Shown: piece after piece, positions 46,857 through 58,815 of the stretch | How the letters are laid out: the number at the start of each line of letters is the position of its first letter | Position numbering within the stretch: the first letter of the stretch is position 1 | From: Nemertoderma westbladi | Lineage: Eukaryota > Animalia > Xenacoelomorpha | DNA: 64,000 bases | Direction: 5' to 3' | Assembly (NCBI GenBank): GCA_032718475.1 | Contig: JAUCBJ010008084.1 | Coordinates: forward strand, 7,586 to 71,585 | The notes under the pieces: generated by a model | The model's input: the letters and a program-made list of their open reading frames with translations, nothing else | The model's database searches: none | Told to the model about the DNA's origin: nothing | Position numbers and translations under genes: made by a program

Positions 46857-49081
46857 CCATGTGAAGAATACCAGGATTTACCTTTTCAGTCGACTTTTAT
46901 TGGAATTTTATATATGAAGATTTTAATTTTTTTTTAATTTATCTTTATTAATTATTAAGTGTATTATAGAGAGCTTATTTATGGCTTATAACCTGTCAGT
47001 CGGTGAGAAGTCAAAAATTGGACTTGAGTCCAAAATTGGACTTCGACTCCATTTCAAGTCCAAAATTGGACTTCTGTGAGTCCAATATTGGACTTCAAAT
47101 CAGCCAATTGTTCCAGGGCCTTGGGTAATTGGATCGGGCGGGATTTTTTTTTATTAATCGAAAATATATCAAAAAATAAGAGTTTTGAACAGGGGGACCT
47201 GAAATTCACCAGGGGGAACTTTTTTTATAAGGCTTTGAATTTTTACAAAAGTCCAATATTGGACTTTAAGTCTAATTTCGGACGTGACATTGAGAATCAA
47301 ACTTAAAGGTACATGAAGCATGACAGATGAGAGACAGCCAGACAGCTATTAAGTTATGGAAAGTTAGCCTACCTTTGCAGCTCTGTATGTATCTTCAGTG
47401 TACTGTACTTAGAATATGGGCTAAATGGTACATTCTAGCATTCTAGGTACTTTGTACTTTACTTTTAGCATATTGTTTACAATCATGTTATGTCTAACCT
47501 TACAGCCTTATGTACCCAGGGCCAGGATTTTAGAGCAGTAGAGTCTTTAGGACTAGATTAGATTATGCTCCAACAAATATTTAATTACAAATTATATTTG
47601 GTGGAAACTGGTAGCAATGCCAGGTTTGCCAACTGCAGCTGCTGCTAAGGCAGTAAGGCTAACTACAGTACAAGCTACGATTTCGTCTAAGCCTATGGCA
47701 GTATGGGAGCCCTATCAGAAAGAAATACTACAAGTTGATGCTACCACCATCTCTACTAATTTTTCCATACAACAGGAAGGGTGTTTTAAAACAGCTGTAT
47801 AATGAAAGGGGATTATTAGTAACTGATTAACGTGTTGCAGTGTTGGGGTCTCCACATAATAAGTACAGAAGTAAGAAGTAACACACGTCATAATTATAAA
47901 CCATTTGAGGGAAAGGAACAGGTTACAGAGGCAGGCTTTTCTAACTAAAACAATAAACGGCCACTTTTGACTTTACCAATTGAAGGAGCCTTATCACCTC
48001 ACCACATACTACTACTACAATCGGCATGCTGCATTACAGCTGCATTATATATATAGACCCTATTACTGCATTAAGAATGCTGTGCCGGCTTGTTGACAAA
48101 AGTGCGCCTCCACAACTCCCTTACACTCTTACAGCCTTATCACCCATGACATTTGCTAGATCATCCGCATTTTCAAGGCCAGTGTCCTTTAAGACAGTAA
48201 GAAAGATGCGTCTCAAGAAAGTCATGGGCTGTCCACTATGCTTATTCACTCCATGAGGTGCATTGGCTGGTCCTCATGGCTTAAAAGCGATGTCCTGCAA
48301 AGCGGAGGCGGCTTTGTTCTAGTGTCAAGCTTGGGGGAACCAATGATTGAATAAGACACCTCCAACCCCAATGTTATATAGTGTCTGGTTGGAGATGCAG
48401 AGATGTGCTGTGTATATTGCACTTGACACAGTGAACCTAATCAAAACAATTAGTCAATAAACATTAACTCAATTACATAATAGGTTACAGTTTTCAGTAG
48501 TCTTATTTTTGCCATACGAAAATACCACAGGTATGGGTATGAATGAACTATACAGCTATGACTCAACTACCGCTACTGCGACTGCGGTATACACCACCAA
48601 GGCCAATGAAGGCAGTGAGGCTACCGCAAAGCCATACCACTACCGCAAAAAGTAACTACTGATGTCTGACTGTACGTGTGCGATCCCTGCTTATAATACT
48701 TATAATAATTAATTTGATCATTAAAATGATGTTGCATTGTAATTATATAATATATATGTACTGATACGGGATGCAGTTTTGATTTAAATACCGATATACA
48801 GTATGGCAGCATGGGTACACTTGGAGTTGTACTAAAGTCCAATATTGGACTTTGGAGTCCAAAATTGGACTTGAAGTCTAAAATTGGACTTGAAGTCCAA
48901 TTTTTGACTTCTCACCGACTGCCTGTACATACAGACATATACTATTACTATTACTAATTCGTTTATTGTTTTGGTTATATTCAGCCCTTATGTAACCTGC
49001 GTTTTTTTGTGAAAACCTGGTATTCTTCACATGGGGGTAACTGCAAAATAAAATATAACGGCAGAAAGTCTGGTATTCTTC
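46857..49081 (-). mobile_element. MITE of the CCCATGTGAAGAATACCAG terminal-repeat family (inverted relative to 56908-58738), with a nested insertion
   Basis: Both flanks match the reverse complement of the 56908-58738 element's flanks. Confidence 0.7.
46997..48921. mobile_element. TIR element with CAGTCGG termini and a 5-bp TSD
   Basis: TIR CAGTCGGTGAGAAGTCAAAAATTGGACTT; CCTGT duplicated on both sides; the empty site is visible in the paralogous MITE at about 57067-57082. Confidence 0.85.
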
Positions 49082-49300
49082 GCCCATGTGAAGAATACCA
49101 GAATACCTTACTAGTACCGTAAAACGGGGTGACTTTGTCAGGCGGGGTGGGGTGACTTCGTCATTCAGTCATTACAGGGGGTGACTTCATCAATACTAAA
49201 AATGATACTTAGTTTCTTGTAAAAAGTACCCGTAAATGTCTTATAATGTAATTGGAAGTTCAAAACAGTAATAAAAACACAAAATACCGGTATCTATCAG

Positions 49301-50310
49301 CAGTGGCGCAGCCATAGGGGGGGACGGGGGGGACACGTCCCTCCCACTTTTCAGGTAGGGCCGGACGTGTCCGATATGTCCCCGGCACTTTTTACACTTT
49401 CTATATACAATTTAAAATTGAAATAATCGTAACAAACTCTGATCGGGTATTACAGTATAACTAATAATTACTCATACGTACATTTCTATCCTTCCCAACC
49501 ATGTCCCATGAATTCAGAATTTTTCAAAAGGAATATCTGAGATATGGCAGTATAATGGCCGTTGCAACATATTTTGCGTTGAGCTGCGTTGGAGTCCATA
49601 TATTCTACATTCTAATATGTAACTTATCAGTAGCTGGGCAACAATACAATACCTACTGTATATATACTGTAATACAGTAATACTAGTACGCAGCCATTCA
49701 TACATAAACAAATATTCCAGAATATTGTGTATTTATTTAGTTGAATAAATAGACTGCAGCGGAACCGAAGCAAATACATGCAACATTCAAATGCTCATAA
49801 ATCAGCTATTTCCCAACCAAATTCAAATGTTTTTACATATTTGGAATCCATCATCGCGATCTTTCGTTCTCCACCAAAGTATCACTTTAAGGTTGAAGAA
49901 TAATTGAGTTGCAATTGGTTCAAACGCCAATATGAAGAATACCAGGTTTTCACTTTGCGATCTAAATTTTATTGTAATTGTATATCTGAAGAATTTTTAT
50001 TTTTGTTAACTTTTCAATAGTAATCAACAGTAAATCAATAGTTGTCCTTGTATAACGCTTATTTCTATCTTTTAAACACCTTTTTCAAACGCTTGTAGCT
50101 AAAGAATGAAAGCGAAAATAAAAATTCTGGCTCTCCAAAGGAGGAGGAGGGAGGTGAAACTATCGATGTTTCAAATTTCATACAATCTCATTAAGATTTG
50201 TAAAAATAAATTTTTGATTTTTTTTTTTGGCGGTGGGGGGGGGGGTGTTACGCCGGACCTAAAATTATTTTATCATCCCCCCCACTTTTGGTTACGTGGC
50301 TGCGCCCCTG
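49301..50310. mobile_element. hAT-like MITE
   Basis: CAGTGGCGCAGCCA ... TGGCTGCGCCCCTG with an 8-bp TSD TCTATCAG. Confidence 0.85.
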
Positions 50311-50569
50311 TCTATCAGCCTATACAAGTAGAAAATAGGCCTAATACTGTAATATGGTACTATAGGTCTCAGGTACTCGAGATATTGTTAGATTCTGTTT
50401 AGTGTTTTTGTTTAATAATGCCACGTCAGTATATGGTATAAGCGTGTGAGGGGTTCACGAAATTACCGAACAGCCTACACACTGACACAGATGAGTTGGT
50501 GAAAGAAGCTGAGATAAGATTAATTCCACCAGGATCGGTAGAACTTAGTAGCAGAGTTGTAATGTAATG

Positions 50570-52361
50570 GTCATTTAAGTTCGATTTGAATATATTCACA
50601 CTTGGGGAAGTAACAACCCCATCAGGAAGAGCATTCCAGGGAGATATGACTCGGAAGTGGAACGAATCGGCCCGGATTTTCAGACGGACGGTCGGTTTGG
50701 TGAGTTTTAAAGAGTTACCGCGACAGACAGTTGACGATAAGGAGAAGAAGCTCTGCCAATCGACAGCATCAACACCCGTTAGCATGCGATATAATTGAAT
50801 AAGGTCCGCGCGAGAATGTCGGTATTCCAGAGTAGGTAGTCCCAGCGACGCAGTCGCTCCGGATATGGAAGGTCAAGAAGGCCCGCTACCAAACGGGTAG
50901 CCCGACGTTGGACAGTCTCAAGTAGGCAGCTTTCTCCTACATGGCTGGGTGACCAAACTGGAGATGCGTATTCCACACAAGGACGGACAAGTGACTTATA
51001 GAGACTAATGAACATGACTTCATTGAGGTGATTAAAGCTTCTATATACTAGCCCCAGAACCTTATTTGCCTACTTCACGATAGTGGCTATGTGCAATGAG
51101 AACTGGAGAGAATCATCTAAGTTCACACCCAAGTCTTTCTCTGTTTCGGTTGTCTCCAGTGTGTGTGGCCCGAGGGTGTAAGTGTACCTGGGGTTAGAGC
51201 GACCAATATGCATTACCTTGCATTTCTTATGATTAAATAATAATTGCCAGGTCTTGCTCCACCAATCCAAAATATCTAGATCACTTTGCAGGGGTCCCAC
51301 GGAGAGTTGGGTCCGACGAATCTGTACAAAAAAGTACAAAATAGTACAATATAGTACAAAAGAATACAAAAGAGTACAATAAAGTGCAAAAATAGTACAA
51401 AAGAGTGCAAAAATAGTACAAAAGAGTACAAACGAGTGAGAAACGCTTGCAAAACATGTATCCAAGTGTAGTTCAAATCGTATAGCTGTGTAGAGGGGCG
51501 CACATGGTGTGCAAAATAAAACAAAGCATTGTTTGATTGTGGGGCGAGCCACGCATTGAGAAAGGGGCTGATCTAGCTGTCTAGCAGTCAGAGAGTATGA
51601 AAATACAATCTTAGGCCTATGACAGTATGAGTTTTAATGCAGCTTTTTGTGTTCGAAAAACATAAAAAACAGTTCCAATTGCTCGAAAAATTGCAGAGGG
51701 AGATCTCACAGTCTCAATAAAGTTGCAGATAAACAGATAAAGGCATAGGCCTACTTACATAGCCTAAATAACGTAGCATCCAGTCTATCCTTCAGTATAT
51801 GGGCTACTTTAAGACTATGACCTAAATTTCGAGTCTCAGGTATAGGCTGATAGGACTGTAGGAGTTTATATCTACCCACTGCATGTATGTATTGCATTAT
51901 ATTGTATTATACGAACCGTAGCCTATTTCTACTTGTATGCCAGTCAAAATCTACATGAATCAAAGTTCTGTCAATAATTTCATACTTGACCACAGAACCA
52001 ACTGACCAAGGCCGCTAGTATTGACACTGTCAGACTGTAGCGGCGCATATTTTGGTGCCGTTGCATTTGCTTGCAATTAATTATATTTCTGAATACAAGT
52101 GTTAGTGTAGTGTTGTATAGGCCTACTACACTGGTATACACGTTTTGTATGCGTTTATCACTCGTTTGTACTCTTTTGTACAATTTTTGCACTCTTTTGT
52201 ACTATTTTTGCACTTTATTGTACTCTTTTGTACTCTTTTGTACTATATTGTACTATTTTGTATTTTTTTGTACTTTTTTGTACAGATTCGTCGGACCGCG
52301 GAGAGTTTAATAGAGGGATCCACTACAGCAGAGTCTTTTAAGTCATCAGCGAACAAGTACC
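50570..52361 (-). pseudogene. 5'-truncated, degenerate CR1-clade LINE (RT C-terminus), split by a MITE
   Basis: YLFADDLK (about 52337-52360), LQSDLD...W...FNHKKCKVMHIG, EKDLGV, LYKSLVRPCVEYASPVWSP, ETVQRRATRLV, FHFRVISPWNALP, FKSNL; stops and frameshifts present. Confidence 0.9.
51309..52298. mobile_element. Mutator-like MITE
   Basis: ~135-bp TIRs starting GGTCCGACGAATCTGTAC; 9-bp TSD CGGAGAGTT (51300-51308 and 52299-52307). Confidence 0.85.
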
Positions 52362-53992
52362 GGTATGCCATATATCTACATACCGGTATATCTATCATAT
52401 ATCTACAATCAGACAATATAAGGTGGTTTAAGCATTTTACTGGTAGGGGAATTGGAATTTTTTATTTGACATTAAATCAGTTAAAAACAAGCACTAAAGA
52501 TAGCATTAAAATATAACATATGAAATGTAAGGAAAAGGTAAGGCAACAAACCAATGTACAGAATGGTATTCAACATGTCCTAGAAAATGTATTTTAACGG
52601 AAAACAGTACAAAACAAACATAGATAAATAAAACGCAATAATTTTTATTGTCCGTTTAAATCATGCCTAAATAAAATGACCTTCAATAAATTTTAAACAC
52701 TATTTACAACATAATTAATTATGGTAAGACATTTCTATTTCAGGATTTAGGACCAATAAACTTAGTGGATAGGCCTACGAGATGAAAGGTGTAAGTGCAG
52801 CAACTATAAAATTATTGAAATTTTACTAAAAATTATTGTAATTATGATAAGGAATTTAGGACCATACGAAGACAGTGGATACGAGGTGGAAGGTATAAAT
52901 AAAAGAAACAACAACAGAATAATTATAAAAACGTTCGACACCAACAGACCAATAAAATCTATATTTTATGAACTGTATTTATTTCTATTGTCTTACTAAA
53001 AATATTATTTACTGTAGGCCTATATAGTTATTTATAATAAGTTTACCGCGGTAAGTTAGAAATTATAAATACACAATGCATATATTATATATAGGCCTAC
53101 TGAGACTTAAGTCAGTAAGTACAGAATTAAGCAGTGATTTGCCGTCGAGGATAACCCCATGAGACTATGTCTCGTTTTCATGAGGGTCCTCACTATATCA
53201 GGAAATATTAAAATCGATAAAGGTAAAAGTATACAAAGTAAAGAAAAGGATACAAAATAAATGCAGAAATGCTAATGCATGCAAACTTTCAGAGGTAGTT
53301 ATATTTGTTTATGGAGTTTTTCGAATGTTATCATCATGTCTCGTGTCTGCACGGTACTTCTCATAGCGCCCCACAGTCTGACACCCCATTCAGCCATTTG
53401 GTGATCTCCAGTGAATGTTTGGATTTGACCTGACCAAATTGGTTTACTACGGACAGACGGAAGATCTGCAGTGGACAGGGCACACCTGGGCGGGTGTGGG
53501 CCACTCGGAATCCGACGAGGCGGCGCACATATCAGCATATTGACATTTGGCGTATGTACATTTCTTACAATAGGCAGGAGGGAGGCATACAACCTCGGGC
53601 TGTCGGGAGCAGTACCGGCAGGCCTAGTTAAGTTAGTAGCCTAGTAGCAGTTAGCCTAGTAGGCTTAGTTGTGTAGTTTATACTTCTGTACTTAGCATAG
53701 CAGCATAGTCTATCCTTAGGTATACAGTGTACACTGTACAGGTATATGGGATGGGCTACTTTAAGACTATGCAGCTATGACCTAAATTTTGAGTCTCTGG
53801 TCTCAGTTAGGGCCTATACGAGTTTATATCTACCCACTGCTGCACTGCATAATGTATTGCATTATATTGTATTATACGAACAGTCAGACAGTAGCCTACT
53901 TCTACTGTATGCCAGTCAAAATCTACATGAATCAAAGTTCTATCAATCATTTCATACTTGACCACAGAACCGAGGACCAAGGCAGCATCAGG

Positions 53993-54511
53993 CAGTCGGG
54001 GAGAAGTTCAAATTTCGACTGAGTTGAAATTTAAAACTTTTTTTTTTAAATTCAACTTTTAAGTTGTAAATTCAACTCTAAAATGGCAGGAGGAGCAGAA
54101 GGGCCCCAAGACGTCACAGAAGGGGTGTTTTTATTGTTTTTATGGATGTAACTCGAAAAATTAACCCTCATTACAGCATTACCTATGGAATAAAAACTTT
54201 CACCGTCGGGAATACTTTTTTTAAAAACATTTTAAGTGATTACATTTGCAAATTAACTGAAATACTTACTATGGGAATTTATTAGATGTATGAAATTACC
54301 GCTGTTTGTCATAATTATTATATACAATGGAATACCAGTAATGGATTCCAATTCCATATTTCAGTTTCTCCAAAGCTACTCCAAAAGTTGAATTTTAAAA
54401 AAAGTTGAATTTTAAACTCTACTCCAAAAGTTGAATTTTAATAAAAAGTTGAATTTTAAAAAATAAAGTTTAAATTTCAACTCAGTTGAAAATAGAACTT
54501 CTCCCCGACTG
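53993..54511. mobile_element. MITE with CAGTCGG termini and a 5-bp TSD, inserted in a partial copy of the Mutator-like MITE interior
   Basis: CAGTCGGGGAGAAGTTC ... GAACTTCTCCCCGACTG with TCAGG on both sides; flanks 53700-53990 and 54515-54590 resemble 51775-52100. Confidence 0.85.
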
Positions 54512-56907
54512 TCAGGCTATTGACATTGTAGCGGTGCATATTTCGGTGCCGTTGCATTTGCTTACAATTAATTATATTTGTCTGTTTGTATACAAGTCAG
54601 TAGGGAACATACCCTTAAATAAGCTCCAAACAGCCAAAAGTGGGTTCTTATTTAAGGAAAATGGCTCTTATTTAGGGGTTTTTGGGCCTTTTTGGATATT
54701 TTTTCGATATAATATGCAATAGGGCCTAACTTCTAAACTTGTTTCAGGAAAAAATACCGCATAATTTTATTTCACAATGTAAAAGTTAGGTCTTTCTTGA
54801 ACATAAAGCAAAAAACCAGAAAACATTTCACTGTCCTGTTTTTTTCTACAAGCAGACAAGCGTTTTAAAATTGCATCAAAAATACGACTTAGTTCCTAAA
54901 TAAGGGGGATTTTTTAAATTTACCTTATTTAAGATACTTATTGTCGAAATTGTACACATAAATACTAAAAGTCCCTAAATAAGAACTTTTTGACCTGGGT
55001 TTATTATTTAGGAATACAATTGTATTCCAAAATCTGCACATTCCTTAAATAAAATAAATATTCCTTATTCCTTACAGTATGTGCACAAGTGTAGGCTAAG
55101 TGTAGGCTATAAGTAGACTATCAGGTCGTCCATGGACCAGGACCATAGAATATCGGGATTTTCTTATCCAGTGGCTGAGTGGGTATTCCATGCATGTTTC
55201 ACAGTAGGCCTATCTAAGTCTGTAAGTACTAGGGCTCGATCGGAGTTGGGATTTGGCCGGAGCAGGAGAGGAGCCTGAGTTGGACAATTTGGCCGGAGCC
55301 GGAGCGGGAGCCGGCTGGCCGGAGATTTTCAAAAATTTTAAAAATTTAATTATTTACAGGTAGGCCCTATTTAAAAAAAAATAAAGTATGGTTATCTTAT
55401 CGTTCGCCAATCGCTCATAATCAATCATACTGCTGTACTGTTTTTTACAGTATAGATATAGGGATAGGCCTATACAGTATAATACATATAATATATTTTG
55501 TACGCGCTTTTATAGACCGTCAGCAGTTTAACCTGCCGAAATTTATATGTCTTTATTGATAATCTGCCTTTTTTAAGATGATAAGATTTAATACAAAACA
55601 AACCAAAAACATTAGCCGAAGCCAGTCCATGCGCGTCCAAATGACCCGTTTATAACACCGGGAGACTGGATTCGTGGGCTTAAATTTATTTGCGGTCAAG
55701 CCTACTGTATTATTCGATTGATTACTAATAGATAATCTCTGACAAATATTATTCACTTTCGGGAAATATTAGCAGTTCCTTTTAGGACGTGGCGCTCTAC
55801 CTATGTAAACAGAGTTATGACTGATACTACACACAACGATATGGCTTAAATTTCAAGCATAGGGCGCATTCTTTAGGAATGCTTTATTATCAGATCCAAT
55901 CACTTTACAATCACGCACGCTACCGGTAACGCACAACACTGCTCACTGATATGCCGACAGTTACTGACTTTGATCAGGTATAAAGAGATATGCACTGGAC
56001 TCAGGTAGTGTCTGTCAAACAACATTAGATTCACTACAAACACAATAATAAAGTCGCAATTATTGTACATAACCCTTCTCTCTAACCTGTAGTGTATCAA
56101 GGATATTGGGAAAATTGTGGGTTGATTATTGATATTCTTCAACTAATAACATCCAATTATACTGATACAAAATTACAAACAGTAAAAGCAGTATGACGGT
56201 AGGTTAAGATATAATTAGATTGCATTGAATCGTTTGTTTGATTGAATTGGGAAGATAATAGCTATGCTTTCTATAATTTAGCCTACTAATGTTCTTATAA
56301 AAGGCAGAAAACATTTCGCTATTTCAACACGGTCTTAAAACACTGATAATAAAGTCTCAAAATCATAACAAAAAGTCCCGTGACTTTAGCTCTCTTATTT
56401 TCCAAGAATCCCGTTCAACACATGTAATCAGCAGTGAGACAGGATAATTTCAGTTCAGTAGCTCGGGATTGGTCGAAATCAGAACTAACTCAACGCAGGG
56501 CTATGGGTAACTGGGGCAACCTTCCCAAGCCGGCTGTCCAATCGAACAGCTCAGATCCCTCCTAAAGGATTCCAACGCCTTGGAAGGGGGAACTGGTTAG
56601 CAAAGAAAACAAATCAGTCATATCCCAGAAAAACCTTTACAGTAGGTTTCAGAGTATTTTAGCGTATGGGGGAAAAACTGGGTTGCGGGGCGAAGGGCCA
56701 GTTACATCCCACAGAAGCTTTTACAAAGTACAAGTAGAGTGCTACTCTACAGTAAGACAATTATGAAGCAATATGAAGAATATGATTATTCCAGTAAATT
56801 AATAGGTTATACAGTATAATAATGATATGTGTACCATAATTACGTTATTAAATTTAGGTTAGCGTTGTGTTGTATTTGTAACTAAGTTAATGTTATACAG
56901 TACTGGA

Positions 56908-58738
56908 CCCATCTGAAGAATACCAGACTTTCTGCCGTTTTCAATTTTCCATTTCCATTTTCAATTTCACTTTGCAGTTACCCCCATGTGAAGAATACCA
57001 GGATTTCACCAAAAACACAGGTTACAGAAGGGCTGAATCTAACCAAAACAATATAGGAATTAGTATATGTACAGGTTATAAGACAGATCTAAGCGATATT
57101 AACCCTATTAGTACCGGGCTATAAAATGTTGTACAAATACCGGGGGGGGGGGGGGGGGGGGGGTCATATTGACCCCCCCTCTAAAATCTACAAATATTTA
57201 CGAAAACGTCTGATTTTTTGTTTGTACGTAGGTATCACTTGTCTGGATCCGACCGAAAAATTCGAAAAAATGTACTGGGGTGGTTATATTGCAGCACAAA
57301 AATTACAAGTAGTGCACAATTTTCACCAAATTTGAAAGTTACATTTTCGGCTAATTATTTTTCAATACAGGTTTTCTGGGGTGCAAAATACATTGGAAAA
57401 TATTAAAAAATGATATAATTACTATAAATGGCTGTTTAGTCCTCTCTGCGTAGGAAAAAAATGAAAAAAACAAGTAACCAGCCCTTTTCAGTTAGAACAC
57501 AAAATTTTTAATTCACTTATACGATGCTATAAATTCACATTTTCAGGTTTTCGAGGGCGCTGATTCTAATGGAATACATTTCTAATATGCCAGATCATTG
57601 CTACTTGTATTTTTCGGCGTAATTTGGCAAATTTTGGTGCTAGCACCAAATTTCGTACCCATCACCAAAAAGTACACGTTTGCGATGTCCAGTGCTGTTT
57701 TTATTGATTCCATCGGATTCAGGACCCTCATAAACCCGTATAACGCAAGAAACAAGGTGATACTATCTACTGATCAATTTGCATATTTTCCAAAAGTTGG
57801 TGCTGGCACAACAATTTTCACCCACCGGCGAAAAATACAAGTTTGAGAACTCTTATGAAATTTTTACTGATCCCATTGAATTCAGAACCATCACAAACCC
57901 GTATAACGCAAGAAACAAGGTGACACAATCAATTGATATATTTGATGGTTTTCAAAATTTGGTGCTAACACCGCATTTTGCACCCACATCCGAAAAATAC
58001 AAGTTTGAGATGTCTAGTTCGATAATTATATATTCCATTGAATTCAGAACAGCCATAAACCTCTAAAACGCAAGAAATAAATTGTCACAAGCAATTTTAT
58101 CTATTGAATGGATTTTCAAAATTTCGTGCTAGCACCAAAATTTGCACACAGCACCGAAAAATACAAGTTTGATACGCTTGGTGCAACTCGTATATATTTC
58201 ATCGAATCCAGAACCCCAAAAAACCCCAATTGCGTAAAAAACAAGCTTCAAACAATCAATTTACAAAATTGACATATTTCAAAATTTGGTGATGGCACCA
58301 AAATTTGGCACCCACCGAAAAAAACAAGTTTGAAATTTCTAAATCAATTTATATGAATTCCATCCAATTTCTAACACCAAAAAACCGGTGTAAATCAAAA
58401 ATAGAGATGTTACAATTCATATTTAATGAAATGTAATTTTCAAAAAAACGTCTCAAAAAAAGTGCCAAATGTAGGGTTAAAAAATGGTGTCATAACTCGA
58501 AAAGTACCCAATATTTTTGAAAACGGTTTTCACTACTAGGAAGACAATAGATTTTTAGGAAAAGTCATAAAATTTCAGATTCCCAACTGCGTTTGTTTCA
58601 GAATTATAATAAAAAAACCACAGTTTAATAGGGTTAAACACTTAATAAAGATAAATTTAAAAAAATTAAAAATCTTTATATATAAAATTCCTATAAAAAG
58701 TGGACCGAAAAGTGAAATCCTGGTATTCTTCACATGGG
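56908..58738 (+). mobile_element. MITE with CCCATSTGAAGAATACCAG TIRs and a nested piggyBac-like insertion
   Basis: CCCATCTGAAGAATACCAG ... CTGGTATTCTTCACATGGG. Confidence 0.75.
57103..58633. mobile_element. Non-autonomous piggyBac-like element with ~160-170-bp internal diverged repeats
   Basis: TTAA|CCCTATTA ... TAATAGGG|TTAA; repeated AAAATACAAGTTTGA / AAACCCGTATAACGCAAGAAACAAGG blocks at about 57630-58400. Confidence 0.75.
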
Positions 58739-58815
58739 CGCAGCAGGCTACTGTACTCTATGTTATGTTGGACAATACCAACTGTACTTTTATATACTGT
58801 GCATTGTTTGATGTA

